This document shows positions 25,004 through 39,047 of a stretch of DNA of 64,000 nt, piece by piece. The stretch comes from Octopus vulgaris (lineage: Eukaryota). The stretch is taken from assembly GCA_951406725.2 (NCBI GenBank), contig OX597827.1:40176001-40240000 (forward strand), given 5' to 3'. The number at the start of each line of letters is the position of its first letter. The stretch's first letter is position 1. The position numbers and the translations under genes were made by a program. The notes beneath the pieces were generated by a model. The model saw only the letters and a list, made by a program, of their open reading frames with translations, did not search any database and was not told the origin of the DNA.

Positions 25004-25033
25004 AGTTGAATAAAAATGTTGATACACCTATAG
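25004..25033 (+). CDS. RabX1-like GTPase, coding exon 5 (30-nt micro-exon): (E)LNKNVDTPI
   Basis: Strong pyrimidine tract ttttttttaccttttattttcag and donor gtaagt; supplies the alpha3-loop residues missing between WVK and VLCLLGNKQD; phase 1-1. Confidence 0.88.
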
Positions 25034-25257
25034 GTAAGTACTAAGCTTATCATTGACACATTCCTTTTATATTTTTTTGTGTAATGTTTTGTTGGAGTAT
25101 TTAAGATATTGGCAGGCTTATATTGTTCAGGTATTGACCTGTTCATTGATATTCCACTCAGGTGACATACAAAGGGGAACATTTTGAACTACCTTGCTGG
25201 TAAGTGTGGAGTTATAGTGAATGAATGGTTAAGGTGTATTGATATTGTAATTCCTTT

Positions 25258-25489
25258 AGGCGGCGAGCTGGCAGAACCATTAGCACGCCGGGCGAAATGC
25301 GTAGCTGTATTTCGTCTGCCATTACGTTCTGAGTTCAAATTCCACCTAGGTCAACTTTGCCTTTCATCCTTTTGGGGTCGATTAAATAAGTACCAGTTAC
25401 GCACTGGGGTCGATGTTTTCGACTTAAACCGTGTGTCTGTCCTTGTTTGTTCCCTCTGTGTTTAGCCCCTTGTGGGTAGTAAAGAAGTA
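25258..25489 (+). mobile_element. Young full-length SINE A with 17-bp TSD
   Basis: GATATTGTAATTCCTTT at 25241-25257 and 25490-25506; CpGs retained. Confidence 0.92.
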
Positions 25490-25899
25490 GATATTGTAAT
25501 TCCTTTCATTGCACATTACACGGGGATACATCACATGTTCTATCTATGGCAAGAAAACATCTTAAGACATGAGTAGAATATCTTATTACATGTGAATTCA
25601 GCTGTGACATGGAGATAAAGATACGCTACATAGTATAGGGAATACCCTGTACCATTGGAATCCTTGTTGCATAAAAATGGCTGCTGGGGACAGTGTCGGA
25701 ACGACAAACTAAAGTGTCGCCTGTTCATATATGACTACAAACATCTTGATTGTATTAATGTTATTACTGCACCATTTCCTGTCTCGATGAACTTGTCCAC
25801 TAATTTCTTTCAGTTTAGCATTGATAAACACCAAAACAACACATATCAGTTCTAGACAATGTCTATGCCAGTTACAGCTATAAACTATCCCCCACCTCC

Positions 25900-25959
<60 letters not shown>

Positions 25960-26110
25960 TCCCTCCCTCTCATATTTTACTTCAAATAAAAGGTCAGTAT
26001 TGCTAAAATTATGATTTGTTTCTTGCCAGGTTTGTTAACAACACCCAGTATCAAAAACTGTTATTATAATTGTATTGGACAAAGTGCATAGTAGTGTTTC
26101 TTCTGGTACT

Positions 26111-26504
26111 CTCTCTTTACTTGTTTCAGTCATTTGACTGTGGCCATGCTAGAGCACCGCCTTTAGTCGAGCAAATCGACCCTAGGACTTATTCTTTGTA
26201 AGCCTAGTACTTATTCTATCGGTCTCTTTTGCCAAACTGCAAAGTTACAGGGACATAAACACACCACCATCGGTTGTCAAGCAATGTTGGGGGAACAAAC
26301 ACAAACATACACACACATATATATATACATATACATATATATGATGGGCTTCTTTCAGTTTCCATCTACCAAATCCACTCACAAGTCTTTGGTCGGCCCG
26401 AGACTATAGTAGTAGACACTTGCCCAAGGTGCCACGCAGTGGGACTGAACCCAGAACCATGTGGTTGATAAACAAGCTACTTACCACACAGCCACTCCTG
26501 CGCC
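26111..26504 (-). mobile_element. Full-length SINE B with ~52-bp TSD
   Basis: Flanks 26059-26110 and 26505-26556 are direct repeats with 2 mismatches. Confidence 0.9.
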
Positions 26505-27385
26505 TGTTATTATAATTGAATTGGACAAAGTGCATAGTGGTGTTTCTTCTGGTACTTTATGTTTGAAATTCAAATCCCACTGAAGTTGACTATGTCTTCC
26601 ATCTTTTTGGGATTGATAAAATAAAGTACCGCTGAAGAGTCGAGGTTGATTTAATTGACTTGCCCCCACTCCTCTCAAAATTGCTGGCCTTGTGCAAAAT
26701 TAGAAAGAATTATTATTGCACTTTTATAACCCGTGAGTTTGCAGAGTTTAGTGTTCAGTTGAATATTTTAGAAGGTGGTAAGCTGGCAGAATCATCAGTG
26801 TGTTGCACAAGATGCTTAGCAGCACTTCTTTCATCTCTTTACATTCTGAGTTCAAATCCCACTCAAGTCAACTTTGCCTTTCATTCTTTCAGGGTCGACA
26901 AAAAAAAGTGCCACTCAAATATTGGGGTCGATGTAATCAGCTAACCTCTTCTCCATAGAATTTCTGGCCTTGTGCCCAAAATTTGAAGCAGTTATTGTTG
27001 TCCTTTTATCATTACTGTTGCTATCATTGTTGTTGCTCTTTACATTTTGTGGAACTGAGTCTAATCAACTTAATACCACATACAAAATCCTGGGATAAGG
27101 CATCTTATCTCTCACACCCATCTTAGAACAGATATGGTTGAGGGATAATGACTTTGGACATCAAATTGAAAGGTCGTGTGTTCAAATCCACTGCAAGTGC
27201 TTTGTTGTGTATCTAGACAGTTCACTTGATTTTAACACTGCTTCAGTTCACGAAACGTCTCATTTTCTTTATGTATATGAGTAAACATTTATTCTATCCA
27301 TATGTAAACATGCTAATTTCCTTACTTTTCTTGTTCTACGTCTATATATTTCCTTATTACTTTTTCATTTTTCTTCTCCTTGCAG

Positions 27386-27511
27386 TGTTGTGCCTTCTTG
27401 GGAACAAACAGGATCTGGAACACCAAAGAAGAGTATCCTCAGCTGAAGCCCAACAATATGCCAAATCCATTGGAGCATACTTCTTCGAAACATCAGCGTT
27501 ATTTAATACAG
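27386..27511 (+). CDS. RabX1-like GTPase, coding exon 6: (V)LCLLGNKQDLEHQRRVSSAEAQQYAKSIGAYFFETSALFNT
   Basis: Acceptor ttcttctccttgcag; G4 NKQD and G5 ETSAL; donor gtacac; 126 nt, phase 1-1. Confidence 0.95.
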
Positions 27512-28114
27512 GTACACTTGAAGACTTTGTTCAACATTAATATCCAAACTTGTGTACCAGTTTTACTTCTGTATCTGTTACATACACATACAAATGGCAA
27601 AGTCCCTAAAGTAATATTTAAGGAAGCCTAAATAGATAAATGGAGGGAAACCCCCTTCTAGTAGTGAGGTCTTAGCTGGGGAGCCCACTAAACCACTACC
27701 CTATTTCTATTGTCTAATCAATAAGCTGTGTCAAGCCACTGCAGAACAGCAGCTAACTTGCATAGTTGGGGACATCATGGATCTGTTATATGCCCAGTAT
27801 GTCAGGTAGACCCACAAAACACACACTGTTCCCAACCTTTCTAATATCCAGGCCAGATCTAAAACCTGGATTTTTTTAGGCGCTGCATCAAAAAAAGTAA
27901 AACACAAGTCAAAGATGCTTGAGGGCCACATGGTTGGGGAGTAAGCTTCTCCACCACACAGCTCTGCTTGCACCTATGATAATAATTATATAATTGTATT
28001 AGTTATTACTTATTTAGTTCTTTAGGAGATTTTTCAGTGAATTTGACAACTACTAGTTTTTTTAATATTTTTTGTTATTTGTTTAATGCTCCTTTGTTTT
28101 GGTTTTTTGTATAG

Positions 28115-28287
28115 GTATTGATGAAACATTTTTGAAATTAGCTCAAGGTCTCGTCGAATTAAGTGAAAAACCAAACTCTGGACTAAAAGTTCATCATTCT
28201 CCCTCTTTGGAAGGATATGAAACAAACAACACAGTGCAATTGAACGACAGATCAAAACCCAATGATGAGAATAATTGCTCCTGCTGA
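28115..28287 (+). CDS. RabX1-like GTPase, last coding exon: (G)IDETFLKLAQGL...DENNCSC*
   Basis: Acceptor ttttttgtatag; alpha5 helix, hypervariable tail and CxC geranylgeranylation motif, then TGA. Spliced CDS is 657 nt (218 aa). Confidence 0.95.
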
Positions 28288-28818
28288 ACTTAAACAATTA
28301 CCAATTATTACAGTAAATATAATTGAGTCGAGATTGACAGGTGGTAATTGACTAACATATTGACATAGACTAGACACAAATTTGAAGGCAAACGAAACAT
28401 GAAGTACCCTGACAAAAAAGATCCTTTTGATGCTGAATCTAACTATACCAAACAATTGTATAGAGGCTTCCTTGGAGTTAATGAAAGAACTGTAAAGTAA
28501 TCACCAACCTACAGGAAATTCCCTACAAGCCTCAAAATGCAAGAACATAATGAATGATGAAGTTCAATGTACACTATACCTGTATAAAAGATGGGCTGAT
28601 CACAGCTGGAATACCTTCAGTCACAAGTCTGCTTGATCAGGGTTAAACAACAACATATGCTAGCCTATGCCCCATTAACAGATCATCTGCCTTCACTATT
28701 TTCCTTTTTTTTTTTTCTTTTACCAAAAATGACTCCTTCCAACAAATTGTTGATTGTCATAAATAACTTTGTATCCCTGTGACTATATATTTTAATATGC
28801 TATCAATTTCCCAAGACT

Positions 28819-28856
<38 letters not shown>

Positions 28857-31800
28857 CACACACATACATAGAAGTAATTAATCTCCATGCTGATCAGGCA
28901 CTTTTCATGTGGTGCAGGGAATATAAATAAACAAGTGCCCAAACATAAAATACACACACATACACACATTTGCAATATCATTAGTGTTATACACTTAATT
29001 CCATCCACTGCCCTCTCTCACTCACAAAATACATTCACACATATATACCTATGTATTCCTATACACACATACATATATGAACGCATACAAATACACACAC
29101 ATGCAAGCATACCCACACATACATTTAAACCTGTAGTTTATTCCCATATTTTATTACCTTATTGCTTTTCCATTTAAGCAGAAATTATTGAGCCACTCTA
29201 TATTTGTGATATGGTTGCATGTGATAGGGATTACTAATGACAATAATATAGGAACTTAGTTAACCCATATTCATGCCAAAATATCAGTAGATTATACATG
29301 TAACATTTTGTGTGTGTGTGTGTGTGTGAGTAAAGAGAAACAAAGGAAGGTTTTTAATTATAATATATTTTATACATATAATTGGTTTCACAAACAGAAG
29401 AAAGTTGACTATTTTCTTTTTAGCTGAGAAGCTCCAAGAGATTCTCGAGTTTTATGCCAATGCACTTATCAAAGTTTGTTAAGCACATTAGTGTAAAACT
29501 CTCGAGGGACCTGGAACCTGATGGCTACTAGTGGTTAGGGTGTTTGGTTTACAGCTGTAATGTTGTGGGTTCAATCTCTGGATCATGTGGTACTTCATTT
29601 CATGTTGCTCCAGTCTACACACCTGAAAGTGAGTACCAGCCTTGTGCTGCTCCAGTTCCTGCTCTCTCTCTAGTTGTCACAACCTGGGTATGCCCCTGGA
29701 TGATAGAGAGGGAGAGTTGAGGAGGGTATCTATGTGAGCTTGCAAAGTATTTAAAACACAATTAGTGGAAGCATTGTACAAACTATTCTATATTTTTAGG
29801 ATGATGGATTATGTACATTATTTACAATGGACGGATAGGAGTCCTCATCTTGTTTGTTAACACAACGTTTCAGCTGATGTCGTGGTGGACCTATCCGTCC
29901 ATTGTTAATAATGGGCATGTTACCAAGCCATACTCATATATGGGTGACACTTGGCTCTCCTTTTATATATATATATATACATGCATACACATACTATATT
30001 TTTGTAAGGAAGATATTTGACACAGACATGGCTGTATGGTAAGAATTTTGCTTCCCAACCACGTGGTTCCAGGTTCAGTCCCACTGTGGAACCTACAATA
30101 GTCTCAGGCCAACCAAAGCCTTGTGAGTGAATTTGGTTGGCAGAAACTGATAGAAGCCTGTCATGTGTGTGTGTGTGTCTGTATTTGTCCCTCACCACTG
30201 CTTCATTACCAGTGTTGGTGTGTTTACATCCCCATAACTAAGCAGTTCGGAAAAAGATACTGATAGTATAAACACCAGACATAAAGAAAATAAGTTCAAC
30301 TAAAAACTCTTTAAGGTGATGTCCCTAATATGGCCACAATGTAACAACTGATACAAGTAAAAGACTGTAACCATGATTGGACTTGATCATAATATAATTA
30401 AAAGTTGTAAGAGAGCAGTATCCGTGAAGTTGGATAAGTTAAGAAGTATATACTGAATATCATACTCAAATTTTTAATTTATTGAATTCACCGAAATTCA
30501 CCTCTGCAACAGGCAAGGGAGATAAATTATTTGCTGCGTGGCAACTGTTAAGAACTCTAAAGCAAGGGGACATAATTTCATGAACTCAGATTCTCAATTG
30601 GAATTGTTTGATGAAGAGATAACTAAAACATAATGTTCCACTTTGACCTCAGCTGCATAATATAGCTTTAACTCTGCTACCAAATCACTTGTAGACAATT
30701 TTGTACATACAATACGAATCTAGTATATTTTTGTTCGAGGGTAATTTCCATAATTAAAACTAAAACGAACTAATTCAAAAGAGACAGTGGCATGGATTTG
30801 GATAATTAACTTAAAATAGTGATACACTGAATACTATATTCATCAAATTCTTAATTTGTTGAAATTTTCCTCAAAGACTAAGAAAGAAGACTAAAAACTA
30901 GCAGAAATTGTTAGTAACTCTGAAGAAGAAGGCGGGATAATTTCAAGACTATATTTCTGACTGATTTAACATGCTTGGGAAGTTTAAGCTCTATATAGTA
31001 GTTATGGTTGAATTACCCTTTAAGCCAAGGACTATTTCCCTTTTGTACCTTATGAAACAAAGAACTAGGGTTGGTAGAAGTGGCTAAAATCCCTTGAACC
31101 GAGCTTCAGTTCAATTACTAAAACCAATATAAAAGAGATTAACTTAAGCTGAAAACTTCGTTAAGCTTTTATTCCCATTAGGTCAGCTTCCAAACTGTAA
31201 GCTGACCATGTGTTAGCTTCAATTACTTTATTTCAGGGGTCAGAGTGAATGTTTAAATTCATGCTAGCAAAGCTCAGCGTGGTTAACTTAAGTGAGTGAA
31301 TGTTTAAATGCATATCATACAATTTAATAAGTAACAGTAAAACAACTACATAAATATAACTTTAAATTAATAATTCTAACTTCAAATCCACTGCAATCAT
31401 TTTGCTGTTTTGTGGGGCTGTACACATGATTCATAGAATCACAGTTTTCCTACATTAATCTGTGGTAGACAGGTTTCCTTTCCTTGGAGACAGTTATCTT
31501 ACTCATCTTCACATCACAAAACCAAGACCAAAATACTGGTCCTCAAAAATTCTGCTGATCTTAAGAGAAAGTTTTACATTTAATTGGCCCAAATACAAAC
31601 CAACAAGGAAACCTTTAAGTGGGCATTCAATCTGCTAGAAATATCAACTAAATTTCCCTTGAATCACATCCTACCATCTTTAATTAAAGGTGGTTACAGA
31701 GGATTACTAATTTTATAGGGACATTTATCAATCAACCCAAATGATATTTAGCAGTCATATTCCACTATTAGATGACCAAAATACTTTCTCAGTGAGCCAG

Positions 31801-32654
31801 TCCATCTGGTTGTAAAATAGGTACCACATGTTAGAATGGCTGGCTCCCGCTGATGTAAGCAGTGGCAATAATGCTATATTACCTTTGAATATTTATTTTC
31901 TTCAGTTCATAGTGCTGCAGTGTTCATGTGGTGATGCATATTGGAAGTCCTAAGAACATGGTTCAAACTTCAGCTCTGCTTCAGAATAGGGACAAAGTGA
32001 ATAGCCCCTGCTGCCATTTTCTCCCTATTTGCACACACCTGCTTCTTGTGTTACTTTCTCCTATTGTGACAAATCCTGTACATTATTTAATCAGAAATCA
32101 TGGACTGAACAACTTTAGGAATCCGTAAATCTTCTGCATTCTGGAAATTGCCAAATTCTTTATAAAAAAAAAATTTTTTTTTTTTGCATTACTGAAGAAA
32201 AAAACTTCATCTATGGGGGTTTTTTTTTAAAGAAAAAAGGAAAGAACAAATATATATATATATTGTTTCTATTTTGTTATTTTTATTTTATCAAAGTGGC
32301 TGTGAAGTATTGAACTACTAAGTTCAAACTCATTACCTAAATGTCTGAGATGCTGGACTAACAGCCTTATCTTTACAGATAAAACATCTGATATTTAAAT
32401 CTACACATTTCAAATAGTTTGATCTTGATCACGATTAGGTGTCTTATTCTTGGATGTGCACATGGTCTGAAACAAGATTAAAATAAGGAGCCCTTATTAG
32501 TACCCTTACTTTAGAATTAAAGTTTCTTGGATCAAATCCAAACCAGTCCTATGTTTTCTATACCCGTATCAAGGAATAAAATAAAGGATAATGATCTGAG
32601 GGCTAATCAACCAAGGTGCAGAGTAGCTGTAAGCTTTGTTTAAATAGGCAAAAG

Positions 32655-33020
32655 TATGGCTGTGTGGTAAGAAGCATGTCTCCCAACTACATGGTTGTGG
32701 GTTCAGTCCCACTGTGTTACTTTTGGCAAGTGTCTTCTGCTATAGCCCTGAGTTGACCAAAGCCTTGTAAGTGGATTTGGTCGACAGAAACTGAAGGAAG
32801 TCCATCATATGTATGTGTGTTTGTCCTCCACTTGAAAACCAGTGTTGGTTTGTTTACATCCCCATAATTTAGCAGTTTGGCAAAAAATTACCAATAGAAT
32901 AAGGACCTACCAGGCTTTAAAAAAAAATAAGTACTGGAGTTGATTTGTTCAACTAAGCCCTTCGAGGTGGTGCCCCAGCATGGCTGCAGTCTAGTGACTG
33001 AAACAAGTAAAAGATAAAAT
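32655..33020 (+). mobile_element. SINE family B (similar copy at about 30025-30360)
   Basis: Family B consensus from head to tail. Confidence 0.82.
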
Positions 33021-33557
33021 ATTTCTTCTCTGAAGATAAGGCTAATATTTTGAAAAGCTTTAATCATAGTTTCAAACCATAACAGAACAATAAATCATTG
33101 GTTAACACTAGACAAAAATTCACATTTGGCTTCTAAAATTATCATTATTATTATTACTTGCTCTTCACCATGTGTTTTGCTCCATGAGTTCCTGTCCTTA
33201 GATTTTGTGATGTTGAAGATCAACATCAACCACATTGATCTCACTAGTCACGTAAGTCTTGCAGAAGTTGCAGGTGCTGCTTTGCCTCCTGATTAAGCTG
33301 TTAAGTCCTTTTTAACTGTCACCATCAATTTTATGTTTGCTTTTTCCATGCTGGCATGGGCTGTACAAGACTTCTTGAGGCAGTACTCTATAGTTGGATG
33401 CTTTACTTGTTTTTCAGTAAAACATTTTATCAATGTCACTAGTCATCAGCTTTTACATGCCAAATATCAGAACAGAAACAAATGCCACTGCTATACAAGC
33501 AGTGTCAGGGTGAAAACACATGGACATAAACATACATATGCTCACTCTGTACAGGTC

Positions 33558-34408
33558 CAGGCATGGCTCTGTGGTAAGAAGTCTACTTTCCAACCATATG
33601 GTCCTGGGTTCAGTCCCACTGTATGGCACCTTGGACAAGTGTCGTCTACAATAGCTTTGGATCAATCAAAGCCGTGTGAGTTCATCGTGTATGTCTGTAT
33701 TATATATGTGAAGACCTGACAAAGTGAGTTCATGGCTGTATCCTACATCAGCTTCACACAACCAGTCCCAGCCCATTCAAAGTACCTTGGATCGCAGAAC
33801 GGCCTGTGGTGCTTACCTTGGTTTGTGGGGTAACCTGCTGTGCTTGAGGAGACCTATTGGGTCAAGTACATCAACATCAAAATAAAGATCAAATGGAATT
33901 GTAGTTATGATACCCGTGCTGGTGGCACGTAAAAACACCATCTGGATATGCCAGTGCCGCCCTGGCTACCTTCTTTGCTGGTGGCACATAAAAAGCACCA
34001 ACCAATTGTGGCCGTTGCCAGCCTCCTCTGGTCCCTGTGCCAGTGGTACGTAAAAAGCACCCACTACACTCACGGAGTTGTTAGCATTAGGAAAGGCATC
34101 CAGCTGTAGAAATACTGCCAGATCAGACTGGAGTCTGGTGCAGCCTCCTGGCTTTCCAGACCCCAGTCGAACTATCCATCTCATGCTAGCATGGAAAACG
34201 GACATTAAACGATGATGATGATGTATGTGTGACTTTCACCACTGCTCAACAACCAATGTTGGTTCATGTCCCCATAACTTAGTGGTTCACTAAAAGTTGG
34301 CAATAGAATAAGTATCAGCCTTAAAAATATAAGTTGTTTTGTTCATCTAAACCCTTTCAGACAGTACCCCAATAAGACCACAGTCCAAAAACTGAAACAA
34401 GTAAAAAA
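33558..34408 (+). mobile_element. SINE B interrupted by a family C element (about 33710-34222)
   Basis: B head at 33560-33690, C with (GAT)n tail, then B resumes at about 34225. Confidence 0.75.
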
Positions 34409-34529
34409 TGTGCGTGTGTATATGTATACACACACACAATGCACTTGCATAGTTTTCATCATGTCGATGAATTTTCTTGCAATGCCACTACTGAAATAAA
34501 AACTGATACACTTAAGGAAGACACTAATA

Positions 34530-36245
34530 ATAATGGTTTCAAATTTTGGCGCAGAGCCAGCAAGTTCAAAGGAGTGGGTAAGTCAATTACATAGACTCCA
34601 GTGCTGAACTGGTATTTACTTTATCGATTCTGAAAAGGTAAAAGGCAAAGTCAACCTCGACAGAATTTGAACTCAGAATATAAAGATTGATGAAATGCCA
34701 CAAAGCATTCTGCCTGGCGTACTAAAGATTCTACAATTCTGCCACCCTACCACCTTGAAGGCTAATAATGCTTTCTACTATAGGCACAAGGGCTGAGATT
34801 TGTGGGGAGGGTACTAGTTGATTACATAAACCCCACTGTTTCAGTGATACTTAATTTATCAACCCCAGAAAGATGAAAGGCAAAGTTGACTTTAGCGGAA
34901 TTTGAACTCAGAACATAGCAACAGGTGAAATACTGCTAAGAATTTTGCCTGGCATGCTAACAATTCTACCAGCTCGCTGCCTCACTTGAAGACTAATAAT
35001 AATGACAATTTTTAGCATTCATACAGGATTACAAATTTGGTGGGAAAGTAGCTATTAACCTCGACAGGATTTAAACTCAGAATATAAAATTTATTGCTCA
35101 TAAATTTTATCAAAAAAATCTTATGTGGGCCTCCAAGAGCCATACAGACCCCAACTGAGAACTACTGTCATAGATGAATTGTTCACCTTGTAAGATAATG
35201 GAGTGCATAACCAAACCAACAGAGGTGCCGTTTGAACAAGTCTCAAACAGCTACATTTGATGGGAGTTGATGTTTAGCTTGAACTTTTATGAACAAAAGA
35301 AATATGAACATGGTGGGAAATGAGATACAGTAATAATGCTTTCTACTATAAGCACAATGCCTGAAATTTTGTTGGTAGTGGGTAAGTCAATTATATAGAC
35401 CCTAGTACTTGACATACTTCAACCCCAAAAGGATGAAAGGCAAAGTCAATCTTGGCAGAATTTGAACTCAGAATGTAAAGATGGATAAAATGCCACAAAA
35501 CATTTTGTCCTACATGCTTAACAATTCTGCCAGTACACTGACAGTTTAGGGGTTTGACAGGTTCATTTGAGATACAGTAATATTGATTTAAAATTTTGGC
35601 ACAAGGCCAGCAATCTCAGAAGCAAGTTAATTACATTGACCCCACTGCTCAACTGGTACTTATTTCATCAACACCAAAAGGATGAAAAGCAAAGTTGACT
35701 TTGGTGGAACTTGAACTCAAAGCGTAAAGACAAACAAAGTGCCAGCAAGCATTTAGCCTGGCATCTTAACAATCCTGTATATGTATATATATATATCAGT
35801 GAGGTGTTAGTTGTAGTTTAGTGTTGCAAGTTAATCTTTACCTCTTATTCAGACAGTCTCTCTTTAGGAAAAATTAGGTATGTTCATGTGTAGTAGCTGC
35901 ACAGTCCTATGTAGTAAGGGCCATTCTAACCTATGAGTCATGAAGTGTCCAGAGGTGATGACAAAGGAAAAAATAGAATAAATTTTTAAAAATCTGGTAA
36001 ATTATTTACAGGAAATACTTAACAGTAAGTTTGTCTTATATTCTGTTCTACTCCATGTACAAGGCCCGAAATTTTGGGGGAGGGTGCCAGTTGATTAGAT
36101 CGACTCTAGTACATAACTGGTACTTAATTTATCAATGAGAGGCAAAGTCGACCATGGCGGAATTTTAACTCAGAACATAAAGACAGATGAAATACTGCTA
36201 AGCATTTTGCCTGGCATGCTAATGTTTCTGCCAGCTTGCCACCTG
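34530..36245 (-). mobile_element. Cluster of about 5 SINE A copies, all on the - strand
   Basis: Family A units at about 34530, 34770, 35340, 35590 and 36050. Confidence 0.82.
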
Positions 36246-36309
36246 TTATATATTGAACAGAGATGAATTAAAGCAATTTTGCTCAAACCCAAATGTAAAA
36301 GGTAAATAT

Positions 36310-37035
36310 ATAGGTGCAGCCATGGCAGTGTTATAAGAGGCTTGCTTCTGAACCACGTGTCTGGGTTCAGTCCCACTTCATGGCACCTTGGGTGAAAGTC
36401 TTCTACTATAGCCCCAGGCCAACCAAAGCCATGGAAATGAATTTGGTAGACAAAAACTAAAAGGAGCCTATCATCATCATCATTTAATGTCCGATTTCCA
36501 TGCTAGCATGAGTTGGACGATTTGGCAAACCAGACTCCAATCTGATCTGGCAGAGTTTCTACAGCTGGATGCCCTTCCTAATGCCAACCACTCCGACAGT
36601 GTAGTGGGTGTTTTTACGTGCCACCGGCACGAGGGCCAGTTTGGTGGTACTGGCAACGGCCACGCCCAAATGGTGCTTTTTATGTGCCACCTGCACAGGA
36701 GCCAGTCCAGTGGCACTGGTGACGACCTTGCTCGAATGTTTCACGTGCCACCAGCACAAGTGCTAGTAAGGCGACGCGGTAATGATCACACTCGAATGGT
36801 CTGTTTAACATGCCATCAGCACGAAGGCCAGCTTGTTGCTCTGGCAACGATCTCACTCGTATGATATTCTTAGCGCTCCACTAGCAACGGATGCCAGTCA
36901 CCGAGTTTGATGTATATTTATGTGTATGTGTTGTGTAGGTGTTTGTCCCCCACTGCTGCTTGACAACCAGTGTCAGCTTGTGTATATCCCTGTAACATGA
37001 CCACAGTCCAATGACTGAAACAAGTGAAAGACAAA
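36310..37035 (+). mobile_element. SINE B interrupted by a family C element (-, about 36470-36910)
   Basis: B head to aggagccta, then the (CAT)n tail of an inverted C copy; B resumes at about 36920. Confidence 0.75.
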
Positions 37036-37269
37036 AAGAAAGATATGTGAAAAGACTTTAAGGAGCTTTTAAAGTCCAGTACTTTCAGTGTGTTAAATAA
37101 ATAAAGGATAAGTTTTCTCTGAATGGACATCAGTTTATCACATTATTTACTGATACCCAACAGCCAAGGGGAAATGGAAGCATGTGGAAATTAAGTAGTG
37201 TACAACTGAAAGATGGATTAAAACTCCTTCAATGGATTTGAACTTGAGAGTTATGATTTGGTAGCTTAA

Positions 37270-37467
37270 CCCTTTGGCATTCAAATTAGTCAGATGTGAT
37301 GCTTATTTATTCACATTGTTTTGAATTAATCTTGTAGCTTCGATGATGTGATTGTTTATTGTTAGATAGATATTGTATGATAGGTGTGAGAGGTCAAATC
37401 TGGCTGCTTTGAACATATGACAAGTAGAATATTTGGGCAGGATATCGCCTGTTTAAATGCTAAAGGG
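37270..37467. mobile_element. piggyBac-type MITE
   Basis: ttaa|CCCTTTGGCATT ... AATGCTAAAGGG|cta. Confidence 0.6.
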
Positions 37468-38376
37468 CTACTGCAAACAACAACCATTTACCTAGCAATT
37501 TGCTTCTTCAGCCTCAAATAAATAGTGACATCAAAGTAAAACTCAAATTATTTTTTAATAAGTTAGCAATGTAGTATATTAATACTGAATATTGGTTACA
37601 AATTTTGGCACAAAGCCAGCAATTTCAAGGAAGTGAGTCAATTACATCGACCCCAGTGCTCAACAGGCATTCACTTTAGCAACCCCAAAATGATGTAATG
37701 TAAAGTTGACCCAGGTGGAAGAACAAAGGCAGACAAAATACCACCAAGCATTTTGCCCAGCAGGCTAAAAATCTGCCAACTCAGCACCTTGTTAATACTA
37801 AATATTAACATATTAAAACAATCTTTTTATAATAAATTGCAATAAGGTGTATATAGAGAAAACTTACATTAGCCACTGTGAGATGGCTAACTGCAGAACC
37901 ATTTTACCTCTAACAAAGCTTGTTTAGTTTAGACAGTTGGCTTATCTCATTTGCAACGTCAGTATGTTCTGGCAGTAAAAGGAAAAGATACTTCTTTAAC
38001 CTTCAAAGTCTAACTGAAGTTTAATATGGAATAATTCTTTTCTGATATGGGCACAAAGCCTGAAACTTGTGGGGTTACATTGACCTCAGTGTTCAATAGC
38101 TACTATTTTATTGATCCCGAAACAAAGAAACAGAAAATCAAGCTAGGTGGAATTTGAACTCGGAATATTAAGACATGCTAACAATTCTGTCACCTCACTG
38201 CCTTGAGAACATGGAATAATAAAATCAAAAGATCCAGTCATTGGTAATGTGAAAATGCTAGCAGTAAAGATCAAGTAGATAGCATAAGTCTCCTACATTG
38301 TCTGGTATGTCATTTAATGACTTTATAATTTTTCAAACAAGCAAACAAAAACATTTTATTTTTACAGTGGAGAAAC

Positions 38377-38382
38377 TTTATT
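38377..38382 (-). terminator. Candidate poly(A) signal for TMED exon B (second AATAAA at 38355-38360)
   Basis: Two AATAAA on the - strand followed by the GU-rich tttttgtttgcttgtttg. Confidence 0.4.
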
Positions 38383-38434
38383 TTTTAAAAACATACATTT
38401 TATCATGAAATGGTGATGTAGGTGCATGTATTTT

Positions 38435-39016
38435 TTAATGCCTGTATGTATGTATATATATATATAATGTACACGCATACATATTGATATGCACATATGT
38501 ATACACATACATATTGATATGCACATATGTATATATATATATATACACACACACACATATATACATAGATATATAAGATATATATACATACATATGCATA
38601 GATATATATAAGATATATATACATACATATACATAGATATATATATATGATATATATACATACATATACATAGATATATATAAGATATATATACATACAT
38701 AGATATATATAAGATATATATACATACATAGATATATATAAGATATATATACATACATAGATATATATAAGATATATATACATACATAGATATATATAAG
38801 ATATATATACATACATATACATAGATATATATAAGATATATATACATACATATACATAGATATATATAAGATATATATACATACATATACATAGATATAT
38901 ATAAGATATATATACATACATATACATAGATATATATAAGATATATATACATTACATATATATAGACATACGTACATATACATTACATATATATATACAT
39001 ACATACATACATATAT

Positions 39017-39047
<31 letters not shown>

